Shown: piece by piece, positions 25,053 to 37,806 of the stretch
Layout of the letters: each line of letters begins with the position of its first letter
Position numbering within the stretch: position 1 is the stretch's first letter
From: Pristiophorus japonicus
Taxonomy: Eukaryota
DNA: 64,000 bases
Direction: 5' to 3'
NCBI RefSeq assembly: GCF_044704955.1
Contig: NC_091993.1
Location: 19,840,001-19,904,000 of the forward strand
The notes under the pieces: model-generated
Databases searched by the model: none
Seen by the model: only the letters and a program-made list of their open reading frames with translations
What the model was told of the DNA's origin: nothing
Translations under genes and position numbers: made by a program

Positions 25053-26029
25053 GGTTGGTGGAGGCTAAAAGGGCCAGTTTCACAGTTTTCCCAATGCTGA
25101 GCTAATGGAAATTCATTTGGAATGAGACCTACTCATTTTGGTTGAAATGCATAAGCCATTTGCATGCATCTCACTCTTATGAATCAGCAGAGCTCCACGT
25201 TGTGTCAATGTGTTTGAGATCAGCCTCATGCTTTTTAACAATATATCTCTGCTGACAATGACAGCTGTAGTACAGCACACACTGCTGCAGATAGAAAGAC
25301 TCATGGCTCACTGGCCACAATCGTCCTAAAGCAGTTAACGCATCCGTTGTGTGCTGTCCCTTGCATCAGCTACGACATGTTAATACTTCCTCGGCTGTTG
25401 TGCAGCCCGATATTACATTACTAGAACATTGTTCCACATAAGTAAATGATTGATTTTTCAATTAAAAACACAACCAGCAGACATGTACTGCTACACATTC
25501 TGAACATGTTCTATTGTGGCTTGTAATTACACAGATAGGGGCCTATAGGAGCGAAGGCCGACTCAAACCTCTGTCACTTCACAATTAAACCAAAATGCTT
25601 CTTCGGGGCATAAACACAGCAAGATTGCCATTTCAGATCTGAGGAGTTGTGTGCACAGCAGATACATGGCTATTTTTCATTTAAAGGACCTCTCTCTCTC
25701 TGCCTGCAACAATTTCATCGTTTTTTCTTTGCATTGTATTGCTGGCAGCATCTTCCAGAGATGTTTAATGAAACACGTTCTGAGGAGCCGATGAGGCATG
25801 TAAAAGCTGTGGCCTTGCTAATTTTAGCCTGGAGCTGGTCTGGCCTTTCTTAACTGGGCTGCCACTCGGAATGATTATTTCGTTTGCTACTTTATGTAGC
25901 ACCAACCTGACAGAGTCTGCGATGGGATAGATTGTGAAAGGTGGCGGTTTGATGGGTTGAATAACCTTTTGGCACTCTCTTGTAACCGTTTCTGTAACTG
26001 AAAGTGGGCCCGATTGACAACTGGCGGGA

Positions 26030-26430
26030 TGGCGTATATTGCACTGCCCCTAGTGGGTTAACTGGTATTGCACCACTCCAATGGGTTAACTCCTACTGCA
26101 CTGCCAATGGTGGGATGACTAAAATACACAATCCAAAGAAGGGTAACTAGTGTTGCACTATCCCTGGTGCAGTGACTTTCATTGCAGGCTCCCTGGTGTT
26201 AGCTGGCATAAAAGAAAGACTTGCATTTATATAGCATCTTTCATGACCACCGGATGTCCAACAACAGTTTACAGCCAATGAAGTAATTTTGAAGTGTAGT
26301 CACTGTTGTAATACATTGCAGACTCCCTGGTGTTGACTGATGTTGTTGGTGCTTTCCTGGTGGGGCGAGCTGAATGTACTGCGCCGTTTGGATGATTGGT
26401 ACTGCACTGCCCCGGTGCGGTGACTGGTGA
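26030..26430. repeat. Degenerate ~30-bp tandem repeat with a SINE tail inserted at ~26210-26312
   Basis: Recurring TTGCACTGCCC.TGGTG.G.T.ACTGG; AAAGAAAGACTTGCATTTATATAGC SINE tail. Confidence 0.6.
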
Positions 26431-27069
26431 GAGATATTTTAGTGTTTCATTAAACTGACATCACTACACAAGGATATTTACACATCCCCATGAGATTAGG
26501 ACTCACGCATTCCCATTAGATTATCTTGGAATCATGTACCCAATCAGAATAGGAAGCATACAACCCAGTTGTACTATCAGATAATAACCCTTGTCCCTTA
26601 TAAAAACAAGAAGGACTATACTGTTGTTGAGTTGAACATAGGCACCATTTTCCAGTGCACTGAAGTTCAGCCATAAATAAAATGAGCTGGTCAAATCATG
26701 CATGCCAAGTTCGTAAACTGGTCAAAAACTGACCAACAGCCTTCAAAAACCTGATATTTGAAGGTACTCGAGACTCTCCCACCTCCTGTTTCCAATTCAC
26801 AGTGACATTGTACTCCTTCCAACTCTCCACACTGTTCACAGAGACTCTCCCTCCCCTTCCAAACCTCCTGTTGGTGTTGGCATTTTCTCCCACTCCAACC
26901 CAGGTCAAGCTGGTATCTTTCTTCCAGCTCCACTCATGCAAGGTTCCACTCTATCTTCTCTCTCCCATCTCAGCTCCTGCGGACACCGTCCTTAACCCCA
27001 ATCTCAAAGCACCACTCCTGGATTCTCCCCCAACAATTCTCTGTCCCCCACAGGTCATAATAATGAATG

Positions 27070-27860
27070 AGGAAGGCCATTTGGCCCATTGTAGCTCATC
27101 CATCCAGAATTACCCTAAAGTCTTCCCATTGGCTCTTAAATGATTCCAAGGTTTTCACTTCCGGCACTCTATCCAACAACAGCAACAAGAACTTGTATTT
27201 ACATTGCACCTTTTATACAGAAAAACTTTCCAAGGTATTTCAGGAGTCCATGTAATAGTCACTCTTTGTAACAATACAACAGTGACTACACTCGAACGGT
27301 ACTTCAATGCCTGTAAAGCGCTTTGAGACATCTGGTGTTTGTGAAAGGTGCTATATAAATGTAAGTTCTTTCTTTGCGTGAAGAAAAATTAAGTTTACCT
27401 TTTACTAGCTTAAAACTGTAGAGTTACTGTCTTAGTTTATTTTAGAGTAATATTCCCGATTTACCTTTTCCATATCATTTACAATCTTGTACAAGGTAAC
27501 CACTCGGGCAACTCATTTGAAGGATGACGTGCCCAAGTTTCTCCAGTCTTTCCTCCTAATTCAGACCTCCAAGACTGGGGATCAGTCTTGTAGCATTTCT
27601 TTGCACTGCCTCCAGGGCTCGAACCTCTCCATTGTGTCTCGATGACCAGAACTGGATGCCGTATTCAAAATGTGGTCTGATCAAAGCACTGTACAGTGTG
27701 AGCATCCTTCTTCTGACTTGTATTCTACACTTTTGGCTATATTGTTCGACATTCTATTGGCTTTGCTGCTTTGCAATGTTTGGATATTTTAAGGGTCAAG
27801 TCTATTAAAATGCCCAGGTCATTTTCCACTTCATCCGTAGCTATTTCAACACCAATCATG
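27070..27860 (-). mobile_element. Old CR1 fragment with nested L2/SINE tails (~27175-27375)
   Basis: ACCAGAACTGGATGCCGTATTCAAAATGTGGTCT (rc of RPHLEY..QFWS); SINE tail GTGAAAGGTGCTATATAAATG. Confidence 0.65.
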
Positions 27861-28375
27861 CTACGTACGCATATGTGAGTAATTTCTTTCTTCTGCATAC
27901 TGTGAGTGGGAGTTGCTGTGCTCTCAAGATTTACTGCTTACAGTATGCAGTGGCCAGAATAACTTCATGTAGCAGTGGTACTTGGATAAGACAATGCTGA
28001 GGAAAGAGGGGGCTGGCCAGTTGGCATTTCCACGAATTGGGGAATTCAGCACACTAACTGGAATCAGGCCCAATCTGGCCATGAATATCTGATTTACAAT
28101 TCAGTCAGCCTCATAATCACATCTAATCAGTTAAATACACAGCGTGTCTCTCTAACAGATATGAAGTATTGATGTAGATATTACCTGCCTCCTCTGGGGT
28201 TGTGTAATCGAACAATATAATGGAGAGAAAAAAATATCAGCCTCATAGCCCAGCCCTACTACAGGCCAATCGCTGCCCCCACACAGTGCAGCCTTACTGC
28301 AGCTCAAACCCTCTCTTGCAGCAGCCAAGTACTTCTCAGAGTTTTGTGGCTGTGTCACATATGGGTTCCTCTATG

Positions 28376-28850
28376 GCAGTGGTAAGGCTCAGCGGTAACA
28401 CATGTGGCACATTCACCTCTGAGTCAGTAGGTCATGGGTTCAAGCCCCACTTTAGAGGCTTGAGCACTTTTTGTAGCTTGACAATCGAGTGCGGTAATGA
28501 GGGAGTGCTGCACTGTTGGAGGCACCCTGCACCATCTTTTGGATGAGACGTTAAAGCAAGGACCCTATCTTCCCTTTCAGGTTTAATGTTAAAGATCCCA
28601 TGGCACTATTTAAAGAGGACCAGGGGAGCTCTCCCCGGTGTCCTGGCCAGCATTTATCACTCAACCAGCATCACAAAAACAGAGTATCTGATCATTATCA
28701 CATTCCTGTTTGTAGGGACTTGCTGTGCACAAATTGGCTGCCGCTTTTTATACATTACAACTGCAATTACAATTCAAAAGTATTTCATTAGCACTTTGGG
28801 ATGTCCTAAGGATGTGAAAGTGCTATTTCAGTGCAAGTTCTTTCTTTTCT
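28376..28850 (+). mobile_element. Deu-domain tRNA SINE, diverged full copy
   Basis: GGCTCAGCGGTA..GGGTTCAAGCCCC head, GAGGGAGTGCTGCACTGT Deu segment, L2 tail. Confidence 0.82.
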
Positions 28851-29349
28851 TGCACTATATGTGCAGGTCACCAATTATTCCAGTAACCCTATCACTGCAA
28901 TTTAGGATGGATGACAGTGAGGCCAAAGCAGTGGATGAAAGTCCTGCCACGGTGCATTTCCATTTTGTTGCCAGGGTCTATGGAGTCCAAAGCCACCAGG
29001 TTTTGCTCAGATGAGCTGCATTGAGTCAAGTAGCTCATTAAAAGCTAAAATTCCGACATTGTTTCGATCATGTGGAATGTCAACGCACCAGTGAACAGCA
29101 TAATAGGCAACTTTCATAGTTTTCATTCACATTCACTGAAATCTCACTTAGACATAAAGAAGTCTCAATTGAAGAGCAGATTCACTCCATTCTCATCTTT
29201 TTATTTGAAATATTTGGCTAACTGTTTTTCTCCTCTCCTCTCCTTGCAGGGGTAAGGTCACTACCATGCCCAAGTGACCTTTTCCAGGTGTAACTATTGA
29301 TAATCATGGCCAGCACTGGAGAGTAGTACAATCACTACTGAACCTAATG

Positions 29350-30086
29350 AAAAAAGAAAAAAAAGACTTGCATTTTTATCGTGCCTATCACGACCACCGG
29401 ACATCCCAAAGTGCTTTATAACCAATGAAGTACGTTTTGAAGTGTAGTCACTGTTATAATGCAGGAAGCGCGGCAGCCAATTTACGCAATGCAAACTCCC
29501 ACAAACAGCAATGTGATAATGATCAGTTAATCTGTTTTTTAGTGATGCTGATTGAAGGATAAACATTGGCCAGGGTAACTCCCTGCTCTTCTTCAAAATA
29601 GTGCCATGAGATCTTTTACATCTGTAATGTATGCACCTGTGAGCATGGTTTGTAGAGCTGTTGCATTGTGAGTGGCTTAGCCAGTCAGGTGATGTTCACA
29701 AGATTCAATAAAACCCCAGTCAATTTGGGACTAGGTCATCCACCATGAGCTATGCAGTTGTGGACATAGTGAATAAACTGGGAATGTGTAGTTTGATTGT
29801 TAAACCTTTATTAAAAAAACAAACTAGTTCTTAATAGCAATGTGTTGTAATGAATTCTTAAGCAAGAACCCATGAAGCAAATATATTACAACATCCACCT
29901 GAGAGGGCAGATGGAGCCTCTGTTTAATATCTCATCCGAAAGACGGCACCTCGGACATTGCAGCACTCCCTCAGAAATGCACTGGAGTGTCAGCCTAGAT
30001 TTGTGTGCTCAAATCCCTGGAGTGGGACTTAAACTCACAACCGCCTGACTCAGAGGCGAGAGTGCTACCCACTGAGCCACAGCTGA
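29350..30086 (-). mobile_element. Deu-domain tRNA SINE interrupted by a solo LTR
   Basis: Homologous to 20216-20693 on both sides of 29623-29890. Confidence 0.88.
29623..29890 (+). mobile_element. Solo LTR-like element, family C
   Basis: TGTAATGTAT..ATATATTACA, perfect TSD ACATC. Confidence 0.9.
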
Positions 30087-30294
30087 ACCACAATGGGCCC
30101 TCTCCTGCTATCCACACATCAGCACTGCAGCAGGAATCACTGGACAGTAATCAGGAGCAGGTACCCTGGTTGATTTTTCTCTCCTAAGCCAAGAACTCTG
30201 AGGAATATTGAACCAGCCCTACTGGGAGTCAAATACTGTTGTGGGTGAGCTTGCTGCCCTTACACCTCATTTCCAGCTGTTAAATCTAGCACTT

Positions 30295-30503
30295 TGAGGG
30301 AAGGACCAAGGTTCATAGTGCAGGAAACCACCAGGGGAACAGCCAAGGGCCATAATACAGGGTACCATTAGAGGATGGGCTAAGGCAAGGCACCAGTGGA
30401 AGGACCAAGGCCCATAGTGTAGGGCACTATCAGGAGAAGAGCCAAGGCCCATAATACAGGGCACCATTAGAGGATACCATTAGAGGACAATACAGGGCAC
30501 CAG
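30295..30503. repeat. Degenerate ~38-bp tandem repeat
   Basis: Recurring CCAAGGCCCATA(A/G)T(A/G)CAGGGCACCA. Confidence 0.75.
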
Positions 30504-31085
30504 CAAAGCGCCAAGTGCAGGATTAAAACGAGTATGAGAGATGACAAAGACAAATAAAGAAGGGTTATTAGATCAAGCTTGGAGATTAAAAGCCTGTAGA
30601 TTGCAGGAGGAAGGAGATCCTGAGAGAAGTTAGGAGTACCACAGTTTCGTAGCCTTAGTAGAAATCAATGCACTGAGTCTTGATTTAAAAAAAGGTCACA
30701 ATATGAGGAAGAGACAAAGTACATTGAATGGGGTAATTGGAGCTCCGGGAAACCTCCAAATTGTCCACTCAAAGTGCTCCAGCTGACTTGTAATTGATTC
30801 CACAAAACTGCCATACATTACCCATGTCTACAGAATGGCAACTTTAAACCTGAAAGTAATGTGTGCATATTGCTGCAAATTCAGCATCAACAGGTTGTGG
30901 CAGATGTTAAATATAATATTTATTCTGTTTTAAGTGGCTGTGATTTGTGAGATTTTGACATATTTACATAAAAAAAGATGAACAACTGCAACAATAAGAA
31001 TACGGGCCATTAACTAGCTACATAATAAGTAACGTTTCAATATTAAAAAGATTGGTAAATGCCAACACTGAACCATTGGGCTAGT

Positions 31086-31258
31086 TGTAATAGGGCTCTC
31101 CCGAGTGGACGACTGCTCCACCTAGTGGACTACTGATGTACTGCAACTACTGATGTAAATAATAAAGGATCATGTGGCAAGGTCACATGATGACAGTTTT
31201 CTGTTATGAGCCATCTTATGTGTGTGTGCTTCATAGTGATGTAAAAGAACATATCACA
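31086..31258. mobile_element. Short solo LTR, family D
   Basis: TGT..ACA termini, perfect 5-bp TSD CTAGT; no second copy in the window. Confidence 0.75.
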
Positions 31259-31699
31259 CTAGTTAAACTGCACAGTCCGAGATGATGTCAAGCGGCTTTA
31301 GTTTCGCAATGATTAAACCGTGCCATGTATTTCGGGTGTAAAGTTACCCAGCACCCATTTGGGTGTGAGGTGTGAAGGCAGCACAGGAGGAAGTCCCATA
31401 CCCAACTCACACCCGCCTCTGCACATCTGGAGTCCGTGCTGAAAAATCCCACCTACAACATGTGGGGGATTATCATTGCATCAACTTATTACAATACATG
31501 AAGAGGCCATCGCGATGTGCCCAGCCTCTATAGTATTTTCTGTACAGTTTCAGCTTACAAGTAACAATCTTATCAAAGGAAAAGAGATCATTTTCAGCGA
31601 AATTGTAGGCAGATAGCCAACAGATTAACATTCTTTTCATAAAGAACAGGAAATTATTGGGAACGCACACCAGTGGAAGGACCAAGGCACCAGTGGTCG

Positions 31700-31880
31700 G
31701 TCAGCTTGTGACAGGTAAAAGGTGGAACAACGTTTCCGGTTGGACCCATAATCAGAACTGGCAGGGGGAGAAGGGGCTGCCCTCACCGTGCCTGTTTCTG
31801 ATGAATGGTCCCACCTGGAACATTAACCTGTCTCTACTCTTTTAGATGCTGACAGAATGCATGGCCAACATTCTCTGTTG
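31700..31880. repeat. Ancient Penelope-derived palindrome with two degenerate hammerhead motifs
   Basis: Minus AGTTCTGATTA..GAAACGTT (31729-31759) and plus CTGATGA..GGAACATTAAC (31798-31827). Confidence 0.5.
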
Positions 31881-32653
31881 TTTGCCGACACAGCAGCCAC
31901 TGTATTTCAGACCTTAATGTATTGGTTGCGAAGTGCATGGAGATGCGATAAAAGCACAGATTATTATATTATTAGAACATTTGTTAATATATAAAAGAAA
32001 CAGTTGCCTTGTGGAGTGGGTGCACTTCCAGTATTTTCTGCCTTAATTTCAGCTTTCCATCATTCCCAATCTCTTTCTTTCCTCCTCCACATTTTTTAGA
32101 ATGTGCAAGTGTTTCATTTGACTTTGCCTTGTTATTTTCTTTAATCCCAGACTGTTTGTCACATGCTGATTCGCTGCTCAAGAGTTTTTCTCTGAGGGTC
32201 TTTATGCTCCAGGAAGGCTCTTCGCCTTGTTTGTTCTAGATCCACATTGATAAGGAAGTTCTGGGCTAGAGCTTTCAACTCAAACTATTAATGGGCTCAA
32301 TTTCGCCCAAAGCCGTTTTTTGGCATTTTGCCAGAGTTACGCCCGTTTTTCTAAACCACAACTGCGCCAAAAAATGAATGTGCCAAGTTTCCCCACTCTA
32401 TTTTTTTTAATTGGCGCTGCGCAGCCTGTCCTGTTGCCTTGGGGGGGGGGGTGGGGGGCGGAGCCTAACGTCTGCGCCGAAAAAATGATGCCGCCCCTTC
32501 TGCGTTGCGTGAAAAAAAAAGGACGTTTTTGACATGATTCCCATGGGCGCGCATGCGCAGTACAGCTCCCGGTTTGCAATCGGCCATTTTTAAAGAGCCA
32601 GTTGTGTGTGGGAACTTTAATTATCATTGGAATAATCGGAGCTGCAATACAAG

Positions 32654-34370
32654 ATGCAACGCGGCTCAAGGACCAAGAATTTCTTGCAGGATTATGTGGA
32701 GGCACTGGTTACTGTGATTGAGGCCAGATGGCATGAGCTGGACACCAGCAGAGGTCACAAAAAAGTTCCACCCAAAGAAATGAAGAAATGCTGGAACCAA
32801 CTTGCAAAAGGTTACTGGGCAATGGTTACCACCCCGAGGTCTGGAGGCCAGTGCAAAAGAAATGGCAGGACCTTGGTCAAGTAGTTAGTGTAAGTAATAT
32901 TTTTATTTTTCAATGGAATTGGAATTGTAAGTGTGACCTGACCCACCCAGCAGAAAGACACCCTCTCTAAAAAGTTATATTTTCATCTTTGCAGAGGAAG
33001 GTGGCACACAACAAACGGGAAAGAACTCGAACAGGAGGAGGCCCGGCAAATCTGCAGCCACTGACATTCTTGGAAGAGAGAGTCGCTGCTTTGATGGGTC
33101 CTGTCTCGAGAAAAGCAACCAGCACTGCACAAGCTGAGCCCCACACTCGAGGGAGAGGGTATGTCCTGCAAATTCCACAGTCTGGCTTTCCTAAATGTTA
33201 AGTACTGCGCGGGCCAGCCATGCTTCGGTTCATGGGGATTTCTCTGTCAGATACGCTTCAGTTGATGCAATGTGCTATCATTCATCATGGTCCTTCAAAT
33301 CAGCCTGCTGCCTGCGCTGAGAGCCTACTCATGCCACCCACCCAGCCCCCTTCTCTGCTGCTAATCATTTGTCTGATCTGTTACATTTTGCAGAACTTGA
33401 GGCCAACCCTGACGACGCAGAAGATTCAGATGAGGAGAACATGTTCCAATCCCACCTTCTAGACCAAGAGCATGGGGGTGGGGGGTGAGGGGGAGGGGGA
33501 GGGGATGGCTGAAGTCCCCACTATTGTACTCACTTTGGAGGAGCTGCAGGTACCACTTCGCTGAGTAGTGGTTTGAGTGTTAGTGGGACATTCCATGGTT
33601 TCTCATCGTCCGAGGCTAGGAATTCCAGTGGGATGCAGCAAGGCACACCCAGGGTGAGGAGGAGAAGGAGAGCTCGACAGCGCTCTCCTGAGGTGCAGGA
33701 TCTAACAGATGTGGTTCAGAAGATGGCAATGAGTGGGGAGAGCATTGACCTTACGCGATCATTCCTGAACACCATCAGTGGGGTGGATGATGAGGTATCG
33801 GGACTGTAGGGATTAGTAACAACACTCTCATGAGAAATGGGAATGCTGTCCAGGAGCATGAGGGAGGGAACATCTCAGTCAGCAGAAAAATGTCGGTGCA
33901 CATGAGGGAGGGGATGCCGCAGGTAGTTCAAACATAGTCAGTGAACATGAAGGAGGGAATGTTGCAGGCAGTTGACGCATTTTTGCTCAACATGAGGGAG
34001 GGCATGTCACAGGGCGGTGAGACATTGTCGGCAAACGTGAGGGAGAGAATGTTGGAGGTAGTTGAGACACTGTCAGGGCACATGAGGGAGGGAATGTTGG
34101 AGTTAGCTGCTGTACTAAGGGAACATGCCCAGACCCCACGCCCATTGACACAGTAAACTGCCACTCCGACTGCAATCCCCAGACCAGCCTCTGAAGAGGC
34201 CCAAGCCGGGCCCTCCATATTACCGGCTGCCCCCTGCTCCCCATCAAGAAGTGCGCATTACCCGAGATGTTCGAAAGAATAAGCTTGGTACCAAACCGAG
34301 AAACACTGTGCCACCGCCTGCGGGCAGGAGTGCTGGAGTCACCAAGACCAAGCGCGGCGGGTGGTCTTAG
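32654..34370 (+). pseudogene. Harbinger Myb/SANT-like DNA-binding protein gene, 3 predicted exons (32654-32889, 32995-33158, 33394-~34370), disrupted
   Basis: RTKNFLQDYVEALV..KKCWNQLA..RSGGQCK(K)KWQDL then RERTRTGGGP; GTAAGT/TTTGCAG and GTATGT/TTTGCAG introns. Confidence 0.85.
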
Positions 34371-34504
34371 AATAAGGTGGAGGAGGGATGGGTGCTGCCT
34401 TTCTTTGCTGCTGTTGTTGTGGTTATTATTGTTGTTACTGTTGTAACTGTTCTCAAATTAAAAGTTTTGTGTGAGTTATGTAAATTTACAAGTTTAAAAG
34501 TTAG

Positions 34505-34717
34505 TGTTATGTATGTAAACCTGTAAATACCATGTCTAACCACCAGAGGGCTTATCCCCTGGAGTCCCAAGGGATCCCACAATCCATTGGGAGCACCTGT
34601 ATATAAGGAGGCCTCACAGGCTGGAGCGGCACTCCGGAGACCTGTAATAAAGGACGACAGTCGCACATTACTTTGAGCTTGCAGTATCTAGTCTGACTTC
34701 TAATTCAAGACATAACA
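34505..34717 (+). mobile_element. Solo LTR of Gypsy family A inside the Harbinger
   Basis: Homologous to 5772-5983, TG..CA, perfect TSD GTTAG. Confidence 0.95.
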
Positions 34718-35039
34718 GTTAGTAAGTGATCTTAAGTGAAATCTTTAAAGCTTGATACAAGAATATGTTTATTAAAATTAAGTTAAGTGCAAACAAATGT
34801 TTGTTAAACTTTTGAATGAAATATATTTAAATTATAACTGAATCATCTGCATTATTTGTTCCATTATTAACAACTTTTGCAACTCAAGAAGAATCATTTC
34901 CGTTATTTGTTTGATTATTGACAACATTTTGAAGTAAACAAAAATAATTTCCATTATTTGTTCCATTATTATAACACAACATTACGGTACAGGCCCAAAC
35001 AGTCAACATGGTCCACGTGGAATAGTTGCCGCTGAGCCT

Positions 35040-36247
35040 TCAGGCAGCAAAGCATTCATGGATCAGCTGCTGACGCAAGGCTCGAGCAATCGTTAAAGGG
35101 ACACGACGGCCCGCCCTCCTCCTCTGTCGTGCTCCGGGTTCAAGTAGTTGCATGGTTTCCTTGTCCTCCCCCTCATCATCTGAATCTTCCTCATCATTAT
35201 CATCAGCCACTCTCACCTCAGGTGGGTCTTCTACTATCAACTGCTGCTGCCTCATGATGGCTATGTTACTCAGCATGCAGCACACAACAGTGAACTGACC
35301 AACAACCTCAGGGGAGTATTGCATGTAGCCTCTGGAATGGTCCAGGCATCGGAAACGCTGTTTCAAGATGGCAATGGTCCTCTTTATTATTCTGCGTGTT
35401 GCAATGTGCGACATGTTGTATTACCGGTCAGCTTCTGTCCAGGTTATGCATAGGAGCATCATGAGTCAGGTGGCGAGGCCGTACCCTTTATCTCCCAGCA
35501 GCCAGCTCTGCCCTTCTGGCTGCTGCTGAAACATGGCAGACATAGCGCTCTCGCATAGGATGGACGCATCATGGGTGCTCCCAGGGTAGCTTGCCTCAAC
35601 TGACATGATGCGATGCATGTCATCACACACGAGCTGCACATTAATGGAGTGGAAGCCTTTTCCGTACCTGTATATCTCGGAATCCTCCAAAGGTGCTCAC
35701 AAGGCGATGTGGGTGCAATCAATGCAGCCCTGTACCTTTGGGAAGCCAGCAATCCTGGAGAAGCCCAGAGCCCTGTCACGCATTGCTGAGCGGTCATGGG
35801 GAAGTTTATGAAGTCATTCCTCTGGGCATATAGTGCAGCAGTCACCTGCCGAATGCAGACATGTGTTGCATGTTGAGAAATGGCGCACACATCCCCAATT
35901 GTAGCTTGGAATGATCCAGATGCATAGAATGAAAGTGCAGCTGTAACCTTCACTTCAACTGACAAAGCAGTCCCCCTGTTGCTTCTAGGTTGTAGGTCTA
36001 TTTTTACTAACTCACAGATCTCAGTTACAACTTCTTTGTGGAAACGCAGCCTTCCGACACAGACTGCATCACTCAGGTGCAGGTACGAACACCTGTCTCG
36101 ATATACCCGACATGGGTAAGGCCTCCTGCCCATCACCCTACGGGCTCTGAGGTTCCTCATGCGATGCCATCGAATCAATTGTCTCTTCTGCAGCATCATC
36201 ATGCAAAAGGCTTGCACAAGGTATGGCATTATCAGTATTGCCCCCAC
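35040..36247 (-). pseudogene. HARBI1-like Harbinger DDE transposase pseudogene
   Basis: ALSFYASGSFQ HTH region, GFPKVQGCIDCTHI, GFHSINVQLVCD, YPGSTHDA, WLLGDKGY, IKRTIAILKQRFRCL; frameshift ~35790 and in-frame stops. Confidence 0.95.
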
Positions 36248-37503
36248 GCTTAAATTTTACCTTTGCAAGAATCTCAAAAATGGCAGGCAGGCAGACAGGA
36301 CAAGTGTTCTCTCTCCCCACAAGGTCTGTATGGACCACACCCAGGTCTGAATAGGCACAGTGATCGGGAACCCCCACCTCCCCACCCCACCTTCCCCCGC
36401 CCCCAACCCCTCGGGCTACACTTGATGTGTAGTGCAGGCTTCTGATGCCTTCCGTATGTGTTCCACAAACCCCACCCCCAACCCAACCCCCCGCCCCCGC
36501 CGTGCTTCTTTTGCAGCCGAGTCCGGAGCCCGTGTCTGGGCGCGGGACCGATTCTGCCGGCCAACGCTACGACCCTCGAGCCCTGTTTGCAGACATTCAG
36601 TGGCGGTGTGTCAGTTGGAAAAAAATGAAAACTTACAGAATTCCATCAAACTTCCATTTACTGCGTTATAAGTTTAAAAAAATTTAATCTTTATTATGCA
36701 TATTTAAGTGTTATTCCAAAATTTTGCTGACAAACAATGGCGTCTTTCTGCACCGATTATTCAATGCGCGCTGCTTTTTCTTAACTCACCAGAAGGTTTT
36801 TCGGGGCGTGGTCAGATACGCGGACCTAGGAGAATTTTCTTGGGGGCAAACTTACATAATTGACAAAAACTGGCGCAGAATCGGGTTACGCCCCTATGAA
36901 CCAAAACAAGAAACAAACCGAAAACAATTGTAACTAACTGAGTTACGCTGGCACACATTCCTTGGGGAAACTTTAATTTAACTTACGCCAAAAAAAGTGG
37001 CGCGCGCCAAAAAAACGGCATAAATCACCGGGAAAAATTGAGCCCATTAAGCTGACAGATATTGCATCTTCTGTTCAACAGAGGGAATTTGTTGCAGGGT
37101 GGGAGGGTGCGATCCAGCAAATATCACCCAGGGCCCTGTCTATTTATTTACATGCTCAAGGAGAGCGTTCCCTTTCAACAATAATGGACAACCTACAGGA
37201 GAACAGGCATCAGAGGAGCAAGGGAAGGACACAACTATCAAATGAGCTGGAAATAAATATGAGCAAAATGACCAGAGTGCAGAGAAGCCTGAAAGGAAGC
37301 CATTAAGTTTAATTTCTGACACAATAAAAATTTCAGTGAGCATTTTCAATTTTCATGGAAATTGTGACATTTTTATATTGTGCAACAAAAAAAATAGTTT
37401 TATGATCGAATAATTTGCATAACAAACGGTGTACGGGAGCCTGCAGTCACTGGGATGTTTATCCAGAGCTGCGAACTGGATCAAGGAGAAGCGATGGCAC
37501 CCG

Positions 37504-37806
37504 CTCCACCCCTCCCCTCCCCACCCCACCTCTCCCCCACCCCACCCCTCCCCTCCCCACCCCACCCCATCCCTCCCCTCCCCTCCCCATTCCTCCCCAC
37601 ACCTCCCCTCCCCACCCCATCCCTCCCCTCCCCACCTCCCCACCCCATCCCTCCCCTCCCCACCCCATACCTCCCCTCCCCTCCCCATTCCTCCCCACAC
37701 CTCCCCTCCCCTCCCCACCCCATACCTCCCCTCCCCTCCCCATTCCTCCCCACACCTCCCCTCCCCTCCCCACCCCATTCCTCCCCTCCCCACCCCAAAC
37801 CTCCCC
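37504..37806. repeat. (CCCCT/CCCCA)n low-complexity tract
   Basis: C-rich pentamer-based array. Confidence 0.95.

Larger units (their letters stand above)
32293..37045. mobile_element. PIF/Harbinger DNA transposon, complete but decayed
   Basis: TIR GGGCTCAATTT..AAATTGAGCCC, flanks AAT/ATT, convergent Myb/SANT and DDE transposase genes. Confidence 0.95.

Noticed and set aside
26660-27055. Open frames on both strands
   Set aside because: Compositionally biased, no recognisable homology
35040-36247. Domesticated host gene HARBI1
   Set aside because: Lies between TIRs, has a frameshift, stops and a mutated catalytic Glu; a transposon copy
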